DNA from: Bdellovibrionota bacterium
Lineage (GTDB): Bacteria > Bdellovibrionota_C > UBA2361 > OMII01
Length of the DNA stretch: 64,000 nucleotides
Direction of reading: 5' to 3'
Assembly (NCBI GenBank): GCA_040398075.1
Contig: JBBAUR010000003.1
Coordinates: forward strand, 4,660-68,659
The notes below the pieces were generated by a model. The model was not told the origin of the DNA, made no database searches, and worked only from the letters and a program-made list of their open reading frames with translations. Numbering within the stretch: the first letter of the stretch is position 1; the number at the start of each line of letters is the position of its first letter. The translations under genes were made by a program, and so were the position numbers. Shown in pieces: positions 20,501 through 30,745 of the stretch.

Positions 20501-21043
20501 CAGGAGGCGGTCGCAGATCTCAAAGGTGACGAGCCGATACTCGAGGATGTCGTAGACCCGGACGTTCGCGTCCTCGGAGTAGATGCTTTCATCCCCGAAC
20601 AGTATGTGCCCGATATTGGCGAGCGCCTCGTTCTGTATCAGCGACTTTCAAACATTCGAGCGGATGAAGAGGCTTTTGATCTCCAACGCGAAGTCGAGGA
20701 TCGATTTGGCCCCATGTCTGTTGAGGTCGAGAACCTCATGCTACTGATGCGTTACCGCGGCCTCTTGCGTCGTTATGGAGTCGTCAAAGCAGAGGTCACT
20801 CCTCAAAAGAGTGCTCTGACCTTCAGCCCCTTGGCACTTCTCCGAGATGGCCACAAGCCGACGTCGAACACCCGCGTGGATGGACTGAAAGCTCTGAAAC
20901 TGGTCCAACAGTACCCTCACGTATATCGCTTCGGAAAAGGCAACACTTTTTCGATCCTGTTCGAAAGACCCGAGGATGTATCGCTCAGCGATGTCTATCG
21001 GAAGACTTTAGAGGTCTTAGCCAGCATCGCTCACATCAGTTGA
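17525..21043 (+). CDS. mfd: Transcription-repair coupling factor Mfd
   Basis: 1172 aa. Shows the UvrB-homology N-terminus, RNAP-interaction domain, and a superfamily-2 translocase ('CGDVGFGKTEVAIRAA', 'LIIDEEHRFGV', 'QLYQLRGRVGRG') followed by a TRG/C-terminal domain. Confidence 0.9.
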   Translation: MLNKTSHDQTTRRKVLGLHCSASGWFLASVRDEYPKCLVVCPDRKTAEGLTDDLTFFLGAGSASSYPAWETLPLEPVSPGVETSAQRIRALYEIHTKPSFLVITFADALAQRVIPPTQILSLTTHLRCGELIERDSFIQRLVACGFENTKNVERIGQMSIKGAVIDFFPSTTLDPVRVETKYDEIVRMQTFDAETQRARGDIKSVDILPVREFALSSWYEQERDTVIRKIKERAAETGTPPREVEKILQALEERADYPGLELLQYTAAPPLHGLLDNLPRDTTVCALDRFQTLRALEEFIGLADERAARLEEEQHFIPRRADVYLDFDEISERFERSLAVELSSIDDSTTRMRHDNVRAESNVDLATTMRTSVGGGEGFKPLRDFLDTWRSRKCGVALSVGSHSRAQRLQKILLDIGTDAPILTTTALGWIRSPRRPGVAIIQGHLTTGFRLPSERLVFVSENDVFGERSYRSSATPRISAKRLLGSLSLLKEGDFVVHIDYGIGIYQGLKHLTVEGVLGDFLQIDYADSRLYLPAHQIGRIQKFVATEGQQPVVDKLGSTRWLRTKQKIRDSIVTLAGDLIRLYAARTVVKGWRFEPQGAEDERFADTFPYDETPDQRKAIEETLADLSTDKPMDRLVCGDVGFGKTEVAIRAAFKCTQHARQVAVLVPTTILVEQHKKNFTDRFAGYPVKVGAISRFYPAVQNQKTLDAVASGEIDIVIGTHRLLQPDIQFKDLGLLIIDEEHRFGVKQKERLRSYRANVDVLTLTATPIPRTLHMSLLNIRDISLIHTAPVDRKVVQTFVAERDESLVRDAVIREVRRGGQVFFIHNRVQNIAMITAKLAESVPEARFDFAHGQMSETQLERIMRRFIDKEIDVLVSTTIVESGLDVPNANTIIIDRADQFGLAQLYQLRGRVGRGRRQAYAYFLVPHMRSLSGEAHERLKVLQSLDTLGVGFNLAIRDLEIRGAGNLLGKEQSGNVLSVGFDMYCRILQEAVADLKGDEPILEDVVDPDVRVLGVDAFIPEQYVPDIGERLVLYQRLSNIRADEEAFDLQREVEDRFGPMSVEVENLMLLMRYRGLLRRYGVVKAEVTPQKSALTFSPLALLRDGHKPTSNTRVDGLKALKLVQQYPHVYRFGKGNTFSILFERPEDVSLSDVYRKTLEVLASIAHIS

Positions 21044-22727
21044 TCGTGGCGGAGCTCATGTGGAAGGGTCGCCGCTCGTAGCGTGTCACATCCACAAGAC
21101 CTACTCTGTGCTCATATGAGACCATGAAGCCGAGTTCAGGCATATTTCGTTTTACCCATACAGCTGAAAGCTCCCCGAAGGAGCGGTCTGCGTGCAAGGC
21201 TACATTCCAGAACAGTAACCATGCACAAGTAGCTCGCTCGAGTCGCGGCAGCACCGCACTCTGAAAGTACCTTTGCGCATTTTGACCATCGAGCGAGTAG
21301 GGAATGAGCGCACTGTCGTTCGGAATTTTGTGGTAAACCAGAGGGGCTCTGATAAAGTCCTGTACCGCTTCACTATGACCTTGCCCAAGTAGGCGACTCT
21401 CGACATAACCACTGACGTTGAGGAGCAAGCACTGATGCGTCGGGTCATTGGATTTCAGGGCTTGAAGGGCTTCACCCCAGCCTTCTCCACTATTTTCCTT
21501 GGTAATAAGCGTATACTGCATGGCCAATCTAATCGAAAGCAAGACCGCTAGTATCATCATCTGTCTTGAAAAGCGAGGCAGTGCCTTGAGTACGAAACCG
21601 ACTGCGAGTCCTATCCCTAAACACTGCGCAGAGAAGTATCGACCGACCCATAACGAGTGAGCTGAAGCAAAACAGGCTGCAAGCAGCGTCAGTGGTGGAA
21701 CAACCGTTAAAACTATCACAGAAGGAGCCAAACGCCGCAGTGAGTCGAATGAAAGACCTGAGTTTCGTCTACGCCAAATCGTAAATTGAAAAACCGAGAC
21801 TATGCAGAGCACCAAGACAAGGTCGGGTGGGAAGAGCGCCTTCAACACAGACGGTACGGTTGGAGCTTCAGCGAACGCCAATACGCTCCCTTTGGAAAGC
21901 AACCAACGAAGTTGCTTCCAGCTAGGTACCATCGTCAACAGGAAGATACCGCCCACCGCGACTCCGCCGGAGACGAGCTCGAGCCGCTTACGGCGCTCTA
22001 CACCCATAAAACGAAGAGAGAACCAGACGAAATGAACACAAACGACACAGCAAAAGAGATAGTGAGCATAGACCGTTGCGGCAGCGCTCAGGGCATACAG
22101 AACTCCCAGGGATAGTCGGGGAGTTTTGAGCCAGTGGAGGAAAAGCAGCGATGAGATCGAGGCACAAAGGATGGCGAGAGCATATGGCCGTGCTTCGATA
22201 GCAACGCATTCAATCTGAGAACACAAAAGAAATCCAAAGATCGATAAAAAGCCGACCGTTCTTCCTCCGAGTAGCTCCCCCAATCGAAATACTATAAGAG
22301 ATGACAGCCAAGTGCATATGAGAGAGGGGACTCTCAATGCCCAGGTCTCAACCCCAAGCACCTGTACCGTACCCCATAGCACGACGTAGTATAGTGGGGA
22401 TTGCCCCTGTATCTCCAAAGTCCTCGAGAACACAGCTCTGAGATCGTCTTTGACAACCCAGTAACTCCCTAATTCGTCCAATCTCGGATCAACACCCAAG
22501 AAGGGGGCAAAAAGGAGCAGTGTAAGGGCAGTTGCTACTAGGACTACTGACCTCGCTCCGAATCGCGTGGAATCGTCCCTTTCAAAATTCTCCACATCAA
22601 GACTCGACATATCTCTCTTCAGGATCTGCTCATAAACTGACACCTTCCACCCGATGCCTCGTACACCGACGAGGATATTGAGCCTACGACCATCGACCAA
22701 CCCCTCTGCAGTCTGTTGGAGTATCAC
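21036..22727 (-). CDS. Polytopic membrane protein, GT-C family (ArnT/PMT_2-like) glycosyltransferase candidate
   Basis: 'QSPLYYVVLWGTVQVLGVETWALRVPSLICTWLSSLIVFRLG' resembles the PMT_2 N-terminus, and there are many TM helices. Overlaps the mfd stop convergently by 8 bp. Start uncertain. Confidence 0.5.
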   Translation of the reverse strand: MILQQTAEGLVDGRRLNILVGVRGIGWKVSVYEQILKRDMSSLDVENFERDDSTRFGARSVVLVATALTLLLFAPFLGVDPRLDELGSYWVVKDDLRAVFSRTLEIQGQSPLYYVVLWGTVQVLGVETWALRVPSLICTWLSSLIVFRLGELLGGRTVGFLSIFGFLLCSQIECVAIEARPYALAILCASISSLLFLHWLKTPRLSLGVLYALSAAATVYAHYLFCCVVCVHFVWFSLRFMGVERRKRLELVSGGVAVGGIFLLTMVPSWKQLRWLLSKGSVLAFAEAPTVPSVLKALFPPDLVLVLCIVSVFQFTIWRRRNSGLSFDSLRRLAPSVIVLTVVPPLTLLAACFASAHSLWVGRYFSAQCLGIGLAVGFVLKALPRFSRQMMILAVLLSIRLAMQYTLITKENSGEGWGEALQALKSNDPTHQCLLLNVSGYVESRLLGQGHSEAVQDFIRAPLVYHKIPNDSALIPYSLDGQNAQRYFQSAVLPRLERATCAWLLFWNVALHADRSFGELSAVWVKRNMPELGFMVSYEHRVGLVDVTRYERRPFHMSSATIN

Positions 22728-22910
22728 TTGGGTTTACAGGTACTTCTCTTCACCTCGCAAGGATGTAATCAGCCGAAGGGGCAAATCACCCCGAACGATT
22801 CTCGTCCACTTACAAAAAATCGACTGAATTCCCTTGTTATAACAGTCAGGCCGGTCATACTAGCCCATCGAAAGGTTTTGTTACCAGTTCTCTAGCCCGA
22901 AAGGGAGATC

Positions 22911-23825
22911 ATGAATTTGAAACGATGGCTGCTCGTAACGGGCTTCGTTTGTGTTTTTTTGTCGGGAGCGATCTGTACTCGCTTCATCCCAGGAAGCGGT
23001 CACCCGGTACTCCATCCGACAAAAGAGCTCGTGGTGAACCCTTCCCCGGTGCGTTGGCAGCTGCGCTCGAAGCATCTGCCGTACGGGGTTCCGGTTTTGA
23101 TGGACGGTCGATACTCCAAAGTTTCGAACGGAACAGACCCAGGAGTCTCGGTGCTCGTCAGGGAGGGATTCGTAATCGGTCATTTTGATCGAGGAAAAAT
23201 TCCTCTTTGGATGAGTATGCGCTGGACCAAGGCGGACCTCGCAGCAAGCCTCGAAGTAAAGGAGAGACGTCGACACTTCGATGCCGACGATGAACTTCCG
23301 AAAGAGGTGCGCGGTGCGCCCGATTACAATCGGTCGGGTTTGGACCGTGGACATCTTGCCCGGAGCAAGGACACGACGGCTTGGGGGGAAGATAACGCTC
23401 GGACGGGAGACCTGATGAGTAACGTTGTTCCTCAGTCCGCGGCGCTCAATAGAGGGCCGTGGCTCGAATTGGAAAAGGTAGTATCGAGTGCACCGGAAAA
23501 AAAGCTGGCTCTTTCGGATACGTTCTGGATAGTGGCTGGGCCGATATTCGAGCGCGGCATAGTGAGGGAAACTATCGGTAACGGCATCGCCGTGCCAGAT
23601 GGGTTTTTCAAGATCGTGACTTGGATCAACCGCGATCGAAAGTTTCAAGCCATGGCTTTTATCTTTCCGACGGATGCGACGGTCAAGAATCCAACATCCT
23701 ACCTGTCCTCAGTGGACGAGGTGGAGGAGCGCACAGGGATCGACTTTTTTCCGCACCTCGAGCAGGGTATAGCGGAAGAGGTAGAGGCGTTCACTCCGAA
23801 GCGGATGTGGGAGATGTCTCGATAG
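22911..23825 (+). CDS. Secreted DNA/RNA non-specific endonuclease (NucA/EndoG family)
   Basis: Signal peptide 'MNLKRWLLVTGFVCVFLSGAIC' and the active-site motif 'GLDRGHLAR' (DRGH), with PF01223-like context. Confidence 0.8.
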   Translation: MNLKRWLLVTGFVCVFLSGAICTRFIPGSGHPVLHPTKELVVNPSPVRWQLRSKHLPYGVPVLMDGRYSKVSNGTDPGVSVLVREGFVIGHFDRGKIPLWMSMRWTKADLAASLEVKERRRHFDADDELPKEVRGAPDYNRSGLDRGHLARSKDTTAWGEDNARTGDLMSNVVPQSAALNRGPWLELEKVVSSAPEKKLALSDTFWIVAGPIFERGIVRETIGNGIAVPDGFFKIVTWINRDRKFQAMAFIFPTDATVKNPTSYLSSVDEVEERTGIDFFPHLEQGIAEEVEAFTPKRMWEMSR

Positions 23826-23968
23826 GCTTCTGACTAAAGGTGTAATCTTGTTTGGTGAGAACGATTCAAGCGATCGTTCTCACCATTTTTTTTGCGGTCG
23901 GAGAACTCGAGTGACTGCTCCCCGCAGCCATAGCCTAGCAGCCGGCATCGTTACGAGAGAAGGGGGTA

Positions 23969-25711
23969 TCAGTACAAGCGTGACGCGGGTGTGAGTTCAA
24001 TCTGTTTTTTAGAGCGCCACATTGAAATCTCAGCAACGGTTTCCCCAAAACGTCGACTGATTCCCCCAACTACCCCAAAATCCCGCTCTAAAGGGTCAAT
24101 CACGAGATCTCCAGTAGAGACTCGCCGCGGGAGATTCATACCGTGATAGCATAACCCTTGCGAATTGATAGCAGTCTCTAGAAATACGGCAGCCAAGAGT
24201 GGAAAGGGTGAGATACGAGTGTTGAGCTGCCTACATCTGTACAACGAGGCCAGGTCCCGAGGATACAATCCTCGTTTTCTGCACAGGTCTCGAACCAATT
24301 CGTAGAGATGCGTAGCAGAGTGACCCTTTCGAGCTTCACAAGCGTTGAGCAGCTCTGTCATTCTCTCAGCGGGTACTACCATTGCGTCTATATCAAGCGC
24401 GTGAGCTAAATTTGAGTAGTGCTGTGGGGCATACCTTCCACCGGCACGTCCCTTACGTGCGTTGTACCTGTAGTCAGCTAGTAGCTCTTGGAGGTCCTCG
24501 AATGCCGAGAGTGAGAGCTTCGATGACCTCTGGAGGATCCGTGCTCGCGTTTGCTCGGAGGGAAAGACACATTCCATCAATCCGCACCAATCAAGGTGCA
24601 GCTGCTCGGCAAGTGCTCGTATCTGAAAATACACAATTTGCCCGGGTACGTACCCGCGCCTACGAAACTTTGGCTCTTCTAAATACTTCTGAGCAGCACA
24701 CTCAATGAGCGCGAAAAGCCCTACATCAAGTGCGTATCTCCCTGGAAGTGGCGCAGGCAGTAATTCTGGGTTTTTAGAGCGCCATGCCTTGATGGTTGTA
24801 GTACTTGCTCCGACAATTCGGGCAGCGTCAGGAACTGAGATTCTTGTGCGATAATTCTCACTCAGGTGGCAGGGGAGGTAAGGGCCAAGCTCAGTGTATT
24901 CCAGAAGGTCAGCTTGACTGCAGAGATGGCGCAGCGCGTTCTCACATCTGCGCAAGACTACCTCATGGCGCTCATCCTCTCTCGGTGCCAGAAGTTCGGC
25001 CCGCTCTGCGGCAGCGCGTTTGAGCGCCCGGTGGGCAATACCATCAATTTTTTTATCGGGGAGCTCCTCGCGTAGGGCGACCTTGATGCGCCATTCCTCG
25101 AATTCTCGAATTTGCTCGGGAGTGAGGCGCGCACGGCCCAGTGGATCTCTGGCAATCTTTACTCTGCGCGCACTGAAGTAGGAGGTAACAAGATTTAAGC
25201 CAACGCTGCAGCGATCTGCAAGCTGCTTCGGTGAGATATGATCCGCACATTTTTCTAATTCGATGATAGTGCGTTGGACGATTTTTTCAGCTCGAGGAGA
25301 GAGATAGAGTCGTTTGTCCTCTGCTATCAGGAGATCTCCCTCTTCCCCGCGATCGCGGATTATCTTCTCTACGTGATTTCGGTGAAGATTGTGTTCATCG
25401 GCGCACTCCTGAATCCTCTTCCAACCAAGCGCCCGAGGTAGGTAACAAGTAAGGAGGGCGTGCGCCTGCTCCCTATTGAAGATGGTCGTCGAGCTTTCGC
25501 TCCTTTCGCTTGACGGAGCGATTCGATGTTCATGGAGCGATCGGCGGGGAACGTTGAGCAGAGCAGAGAGTTCGCTGGAGCTAATCGAGCCGTTAGTGCA
25601 TACCTCTCGGTTGATTTTGCGGACGATCCTCTTCGCTTCTGGACCTCCCATTAACGCCCGGCGAAACTCATTGTCACGCGAAAAATGTTGATCTATCCGG
25701 GCCCGGGGCAT
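23969..25711 (-). CDS. Hypothetical basic protein with several helix-turn-helix-like segments
   Basis: 580 aa, Arg-rich, with 'ISSSELSALLNVPRRSL', 'ISPKQLADRCSVGLNLV' and 'DAARIVGASTTTIKAWR' (excisionase/MerR-like HTH). No enzyme motif. Confidence 0.5.
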   Translation of the reverse strand: MPRARIDQHFSRDNEFRRALMGGPEAKRIVRKINREVCTNGSISSSELSALLNVPRRSLHEHRIAPSSERSESSTTIFNREQAHALLTCYLPRALGWKRIQECADEHNLHRNHVEKIIRDRGEEGDLLIAEDKRLYLSPRAEKIVQRTIIELEKCADHISPKQLADRCSVGLNLVTSYFSARRVKIARDPLGRARLTPEQIREFEEWRIKVALREELPDKKIDGIAHRALKRAAAERAELLAPREDERHEVVLRRCENALRHLCSQADLLEYTELGPYLPCHLSENYRTRISVPDAARIVGASTTTIKAWRSKNPELLPAPLPGRYALDVGLFALIECAAQKYLEEPKFRRRGYVPGQIVYFQIRALAEQLHLDWCGLMECVFPSEQTRARILQRSSKLSLSAFEDLQELLADYRYNARKGRAGGRYAPQHYSNLAHALDIDAMVVPAERMTELLNACEARKGHSATHLYELVRDLCRKRGLYPRDLASLYRCRQLNTRISPFPLLAAVFLETAINSQGLCYHGMNLPRRVSTGDLVIDPLERDFGVVGGISRRFGETVAEISMWRSKKQIELTPASRLY

Positions 25712-25997
25712 GAGCTACTCCATACAAACTGGTAGAGGGAGCAGTATATGCCATCAGGGGTAGGTTTGAATACATTTCCCCCTGTACCTTTTCCTCGGCA
25801 CCTTGGCTGATGTCCTCGGACTGTTCGGTTAACCTCTCCGTGCTAGGCGCGTGTGCTCCTCGAAGAGTCCGATGCAAATCGCCCGGACTCTTCCTGTCCC
25901 TCAGGGCTCCTCACATGTGGCGTCTGGTACGCTCGGGCGATAGCTTGCCTCTGCAGCACCGCTCCTGCCTACACTGACGTCACAGCGCCTTGCCCCA

Positions 25998-26675
25998 TTA
26001 CTGTGGCGCCAAGCGCTCCGTGATGATAGTAAATCCATTGGCCTTCGAACCTACCACATTGTAGATCGTGAATTTTTTGGCCCCTACACCAGTTAGACGC
26101 GCAACAGGCGCGCGGCTCAAGAGGGTGAAGATCGTCGCCGTGTACGGCAAGCGCGCAGTTAGTACGGACAAGGTGGCAGATTTTCCGTTCCGGATACGGA
26201 AAGTCTGAGGGCGTAGCAACTCCCGGCTACTGTACTTCACGAAAACAGGTCCAGCCTTTGCCAAGTGTCGCACCGTCACGGCTGACGGAAGGAACAGTTC
26301 TCGTGAATTGTTGAAGATAGCCAACTGCGGCGTCCCCTGAGTGTTCAAGCTTGCAACGGCTGAGAACGAGCTACTGGCGTCGTTTGGAATCGTAAACTTC
26401 TTGGTTATCACAGGTGCTTGAGAGCACGAACCATTGGCCAGATGGACGGTAACGGTGTACTCAGCAGGCGGAAGATCGACCAACGCCGACTGCTTGAACG
26501 TTACCCCCTTGAGGGCACAGGTGCCGTTTACCGCAATGTCGACCGGTAGGGACTGCTCCAAGCCAAGATCCCGGCCATCGATTCCATGTACCACATTGAC
26601 ACCCGCCGCCATAGCCGGCACAGAAACGAACATCAGGGACGAAAGATACAAGCCGAACAACTTAAAGGATTTCAT
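25998..26675 (-). CDS. Secreted hypothetical protein (possibly DUF4397-like)
   Basis: Start MKSFKLF with GGAGGG-N7-ATG and signal peptide 'LYLSSLMFVSVPAMAAG'. AT-rich promoter region upstream. The ORF track start at 26690 is rejected. Confidence 0.55.
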   Translation of the reverse strand: MKSFKLFGLYLSSLMFVSVPAMAAGVNVVHGIDGRDLGLEQSLPVDIAVNGTCALKGVTFKQSALVDLPPAEYTVTVHLANGSCSQAPVITKKFTIPNDASSSFSAVASLNTQGTPQLAIFNNSRELFLPSAVTVRHLAKAGPVFVKYSSRELLRPQTFRIRNGKSATLSVLTARLPYTATIFTLLSRAPVARLTGVGAKKFTIYNVVGSKANGFTIITERLAPQ

Positions 26676-27006
26676 ACGGTTACCCTCCACTTAATTTAAT
26701 ACACTATTTACTGTTAATATTTAACACCATATTAAACTAGGTGCTTTTCCTCTGTCAAGATTTAGCTCTATGTAGGGAATTCAAAGGAACCTACCTGTGT
26801 CGGAGAGAAAGAGATACACGGGCCCTCTTGAACTTGCAGACCGTGAAGTGATGGCGTCGAGCACTTGCTAAAAAGAGAGACGACTGAGGAACTAGCAATT
26901 GCTGCTTATCCCCGTTCGTGATCTGTGGTGTGGGATGACGCGCGCTAAGAAAACGCCGAGGTGGTCATCAACGCGCGTCGATCCCCACCAAAAACCGTAT
27001 CACACA

Positions 27007-27498
27007 TCATGTAGCTCCGCGCGCGCCGGTCCATTTCTCGAGTATTTCTTGCTTTCGAGCAGAGAGAGTCTTCCACATTTGGTCGATACCCCTCACCTCT
27101 CTCTCAAGCTGGAGAACTCTCCTTCGGAGGCGCTCTATCTTTGTCTTCGTTATGGAAACAGTCCAGGCGTCATCTTTCAATTGCACCTCTTTCCATTCCC
27201 TAACTTCTTGGTGTTCGCGCGGCTTGCATGCCAAGTGGCCACTCCTCGAAAGAGAGAGGTGGCGTACACCTGCCTCGAGCACACGCAGGTGCGCCTCAGC
27301 ACGCGTGAGTTTAAGGTATAGTGGGAGGTATACCCCCTCCTCAAACTCCATTAGTTCCTCGACAGCATCCCTAAACTCACGCTCGTAGTATTCTGTTTGT
27401 GAAAGGCGGGCGGCGCATTCACTCGAACAGATATCATCGAAACGTGGGTCGGCCCGCTGACATTGACATACCCGGCAGATACTATCAGGCTTTCGCAT
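27007..27498 (-). CDS. Hypothetical protein, N-terminal Cys cluster (CxxCxC...CxxxC) plus coiled-coil
   Basis: 'CRVCQCQRADPRFDDICSSEC' is followed by a charged, helical region. No family assigned. Confidence 0.45.
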   Translation of the reverse strand: MRKPDSICRVCQCQRADPRFDDICSSECAARLSQTEYYEREFRDAVEELMEFEEGVYLPLYLKLTRAEAHLRVLEAGVRHLSLSRSGHLACKPREHQEVREWKEVQLKDDAWTVSITKTKIERLRRRVLQLEREVRGIDQMWKTLSARKQEILEKWTGARGAT

Positions 27499-28060
27499 GA
27501 TGCTTCTCTCCTGGGAAAAACCTCGAAACGAACGTCATCACCACGCCTGATGGCATCTTGAACCGTCAGGCGTGAAACGTTGGATTTATCCTTCTACCCA
27601 TACCGTGCAGCCTTTTTACCGCTTTTGAGAGGAATCAACCAGATCTGAGGATAACAGGCGTGGCAGGCTATTTACCATCCACCATTTACCACAGCAAATT
27701 CCGATGATACTCGGCCCCTGCTCGAGCGCGTCCTTTCATAAGCTGACGAGCTCTTCCGGCGTACTAGCAATCTCGTGACTTAGAGCAGATCTTGGCTATT
27801 TTCTGGAGAGCTTCAGTTGGTAGCGTCTTGAAGAAATCCGAACGATTTGGCTACACGACATCCAGTGTTTCGTGAGCATGCATCAATCGACGTACATTAG
27901 AGAGCCCAGTACAATTTATTCCGACTTGAACTGTCGTATGCTCACCCGCTTGCTTCTCAAGGTCAGCTTTTATGTCTGCGAAGGAATACCCGGGTTCCGA
28001 TAGCGGATCCGGATATCCTCTTTCATCTGCTTCGAAGGAAACGAGTACGTGTTGAACAGT

Positions 28061-28113
28061 GAATGTCGCTGGTGAACATTGAATCATTTCGAGAGGCGAA
28101 AAAGGTCTTGTTT
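28061..28113. repeat. 53-bp exact dispersed repeat, copy B
   Basis: See copy A at 4856..4908. Confidence 0.85.
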
Positions 28114-28182
28114 CCTTTATAGTGCGTAACAAAAATGCTCCTCTGCTTCGGATGGTTGCAATCGGCAGCTACTTCGTCTTCG

Positions 28183-28236
28183 GCAAAAAAGGTGCTCAAC
28201 GTGCCGCTGAGGGCACGTCTCCGCGCCTTTTTTGCC
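28183..28236. terminator. Symmetric A6/T6-flanked hairpin (bidirectional intrinsic terminator-like)
   Basis: 'ggcaaaaaagg tgctcaacgtgccgctgagggcacgt ctccgcg ccttttttgcc' has an outer 11-bp stem and an inner 'acgtgcc/ggcacgt' stem. Confidence 0.4.
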
Positions 28237-28509
28237 TGCATCCTCGTCGCTGCCGATTTCGCTCATCCTCGCTACGAGGTTCATCTTTGTTACGCACTCT
28301 TAGAACTGGTCTCAAAAGTATCTTCTGCTGCGGTTGACGATATGCGGGCCGCGACTTCGTCGAACTTCGCGAAAAAATCCTTGAGTGTATCTCAGTGGAC
28401 ACACCTCCGGTTTTTTCCCTCGTTTTCCTCGTCTCGCCTCGCATCTCGTCAACCTCGCTACGAAGCTACTTTTGAGACCAGTTCTAGTTTTTGTCCTGGC
28501 GGACAGAAA

Positions 28510-29787
28510 CTAACTAGCAACCGCCTCTTGATGGTACACGAGCATCGGAGGTTGCTGGCCTGCCACGACCTCTGGAGTGATAATTACCTCTTTCACGCTG
28601 GCATTGCTCGGAATGTCGTACATGACCTCGAGCATGCACGATTCGATTATCGATCGTAGTCCTCGCGCCCCGGTTCGTTTTTCGAGAGCCTTGGCTGCAA
28701 TTGCATCGAGCGCCTCGACCGTAAAGGTAAGATCGACTCCCTCCATCGACAGCAGCGTCTGGTATTGCTTGACCAGCGCGTTCTTGGGCTTCGTGAGGAT
28801 ATCGATCAAGGCTGCTTTGTCGAGCGGCTCCAGACACGAAACTACCGGTAGTCTTCCGATGAACTCCGGAATCATACCGAACTTGAGCAAGTCCTCACTC
28901 TCGAGCATCGCGAGGGAGTTCTCCTTCTTGTCCTGCATCTGAACGATATTAGTTCCAAATCCGAGGCTCTTCTTACCCGTTCGCTGATTGATGATTCGCT
29001 CTATTCCATCGAAAGCTCCGCCAACGATAAACAGAATATTGCTCGTATCGACCTGAATGAAGTCCTGCTGCGGATGCTTGCGCCCACCCTTCGGAGGTAC
29101 ATTCGCCTTGGTCCCCTCGATGATCTTGAGTAAGGCTTGCTGAACTCCTTCGCCTGAGACGTCGCGCGTTACGGAAGGCGTGTCGCTCTTACGGGCAATT
29201 TTGTCGATCTCATCAATGTAGACGATTCCACGTTGCGTCTTTTCGATGTCGTAATCAGCGGATTGAAGGAGGTTCACGATAATATTTTCCACATCCTCGC
29301 CCACGTAGCCAGCTTCGGTGAGGCTCGTCGCATCTGCTATCGTGAAGGGCACATCGAGGATCCGTGCCAGGCTTTGTGCAAGTAGCGTCTTACCAGAGCC
29401 TGTTGGCCCAATCAGCAAGATATTGGATTTTTGTAACTCTACAGCGCTCTTCGTGTGCTGATTGTTCTGGATGCGCTTGTAGTGGTTGTGGACTGCTACG
29501 GAGAGTACCTTCTTAGCGTGATCTTGCCCGATTATGTAGTCATCGAGCGCCGCCTTAATGTCCTTGGGCGTGGGTACTGCTAACCTGTTGTGCTGATGAC
29601 CGGTCTCATCGAGCTCTTCGTGCAGAATGTCGTTGCACAGATCAACGCACTCGTCACAGATGTAAACGGATGGCCCGGCAACCAACTTTCTTACCTCGTC
29701 CTGGGTTTTCCCACAAAACGAACAGATCAGGTTACCGTTACTTTTTCCAGAATCCTTGGCCATGGCCGCATCCCCCAAAAACCTCAA
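28510..29787 (-). CDS. clpX: ATP-dependent Clp protease ATP-binding subunit ClpX (paralog 1, orphan location)
   Basis: Zinc-binding N-domain '[11 protein letters not shown]...CDEC', Walker A '[11 protein letters not shown]', '[10 protein letters not shown]' and sensor motifs. Highly similar to the clpX at 48296..49555. Confidence 0.9.
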   Translation of the reverse strand: MRFLGDAAMAKDSGKSNGNLICSFCGKTQDEVRKLVAGPSVYICDECVDLCNDILHEELDETGHQHNRLAVPTPKDIKAALDDYIIGQDHAKKVLSVAVHNHYKRIQNNQHTKSAVELQKSNILLIGPTGSGKTLLAQSLARILDVPFTIADATSLTEAGYVGEDVENIIVNLLQSADYDIEKTQRGIVYIDEIDKIARKSDTPSVTRDVSGEGVQQALLKIIEGTKANVPPKGGRKHPQQDFIQVDTSNILFIVGGAFDGIERIINQRTGKKSLGFGTNIVQMQDKKENSLAMLESEDLLKFGMIPEFIGRLPVVSCLEPLDKAALIDILTKPKNALVKQYQTLLSMEGVDLTFTVEALDAIAAKALEKRTGARGLRSIIESCMLEVMYDIPSNASVKEVIITPEVVAGQQPPMLVYHQEAVAS

Positions 29788-30176
29788 GGAAAATCCTTGT
29801 ATTCTCTATCAGATGCTCAAAACCGAGAGAGAGATTGCATCTTCTCTGATGGGCCCCAATAGCATGCCAGAAAAAACCCTTTGGCTAGCCTCGGGGACCG
29901 AACGGACCGTTCAGCATGAGCCTCTTCGTATGTATTATCGGGAAGACAGGACGGGAACTTGACTCTAAAAACTACGAAAAGGGAAATCGGCGCCCTCGTA
30001 AAAAAACTTAAGGCTTATTGAAATACGCGAGATTATCAATATAATCAGGTATCTACTACTTCCTTGAGCATTCTAACCGCTGTGATCTCACACCTCGCTC
30101 AAAGTGCATCAGAGAGCCCCTACCGAGAATCATACAAGCTGATAAAGTACGGCCGTCAAAACGGAAATGAATCACT

Positions 30177-30449
30177 ATGAAAAAGATCAAAGTCAACGAC
30201 CGAGTCCGCAGAGTTCCCTACACCGTCACCATCTCCACGGGGAGTGACGACCTCGAGCCCCGCCTCGACGGGCAAGGCCAAACAACTGCGATTTCGACCC
30301 GCGGATGCGCAGGTACGGTCAAGGCGCTCCGCGAGGAGACCACCAATACGCCGGCCGAAGCCAAGGAGCGGTCCATAATGTTTCAAGTCTTGTGGGACAA
30401 CGGAACGCTCTCCTTCCATGGACCCGAAGGTTTGGAGTTGGATAGCTGA
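30177..30449 (+). CDS. Small hypothetical protein (possibly KOW/Tudor-like)
   Basis: 90-aa ORF 'MKKIKVNDRVRRVPYTV...' with a weak RBS. The antisense ORF 30156..30482 looks non-protein-like. Confidence 0.3.
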   Translation: MKKIKVNDRVRRVPYTVTISTGSDDLEPRLDGQGQTTAISTRGCAGTVKALREETTNTPAEAKERSIMFQVLWDNGTLSFHGPEGLELDS

Positions 30450-30745
30450 GAACGAGACTGCCAAGTCCTCATAAGGAACCAAGGCGTCAGTAAGGTGTGT
30501 ATCTCAAGAGGCACCCTCTGTCGTAGAAATAGCGTCAACAGGCTGCGGAAAAATGGCTTCGTAGAGAAAAATTCGAGGTTTTGGTGATGGGTGAAGATGA
30601 GCGCGCGAAAAAACCGCAAGCGTATCCACGACTCGACTACAGCTCGCCGAAGTCTGCGATACATTGAGGATTTTTTCGTGCTCTCATCTTCGGCCAGCGC
30701 CGAAAGATCGGATTTCGCAGCAGAAGAGCATTTTTCCGCAGCCTG

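Noticed and set aside
28135-28659. 174-aa plus-strand ORF downstream of clpX-1
   Set aside because: Overlaps the clpX-1 3' end antisense, spans repeat elements and hairpins, and has a low-complexity composition. Most likely non-coding.
30156-30482. 108-aa minus-strand ORF
   Set aside because: Product is non-protein-like; the overlapping plus-strand 90-aa ORF is more plausible, though itself low confidence.
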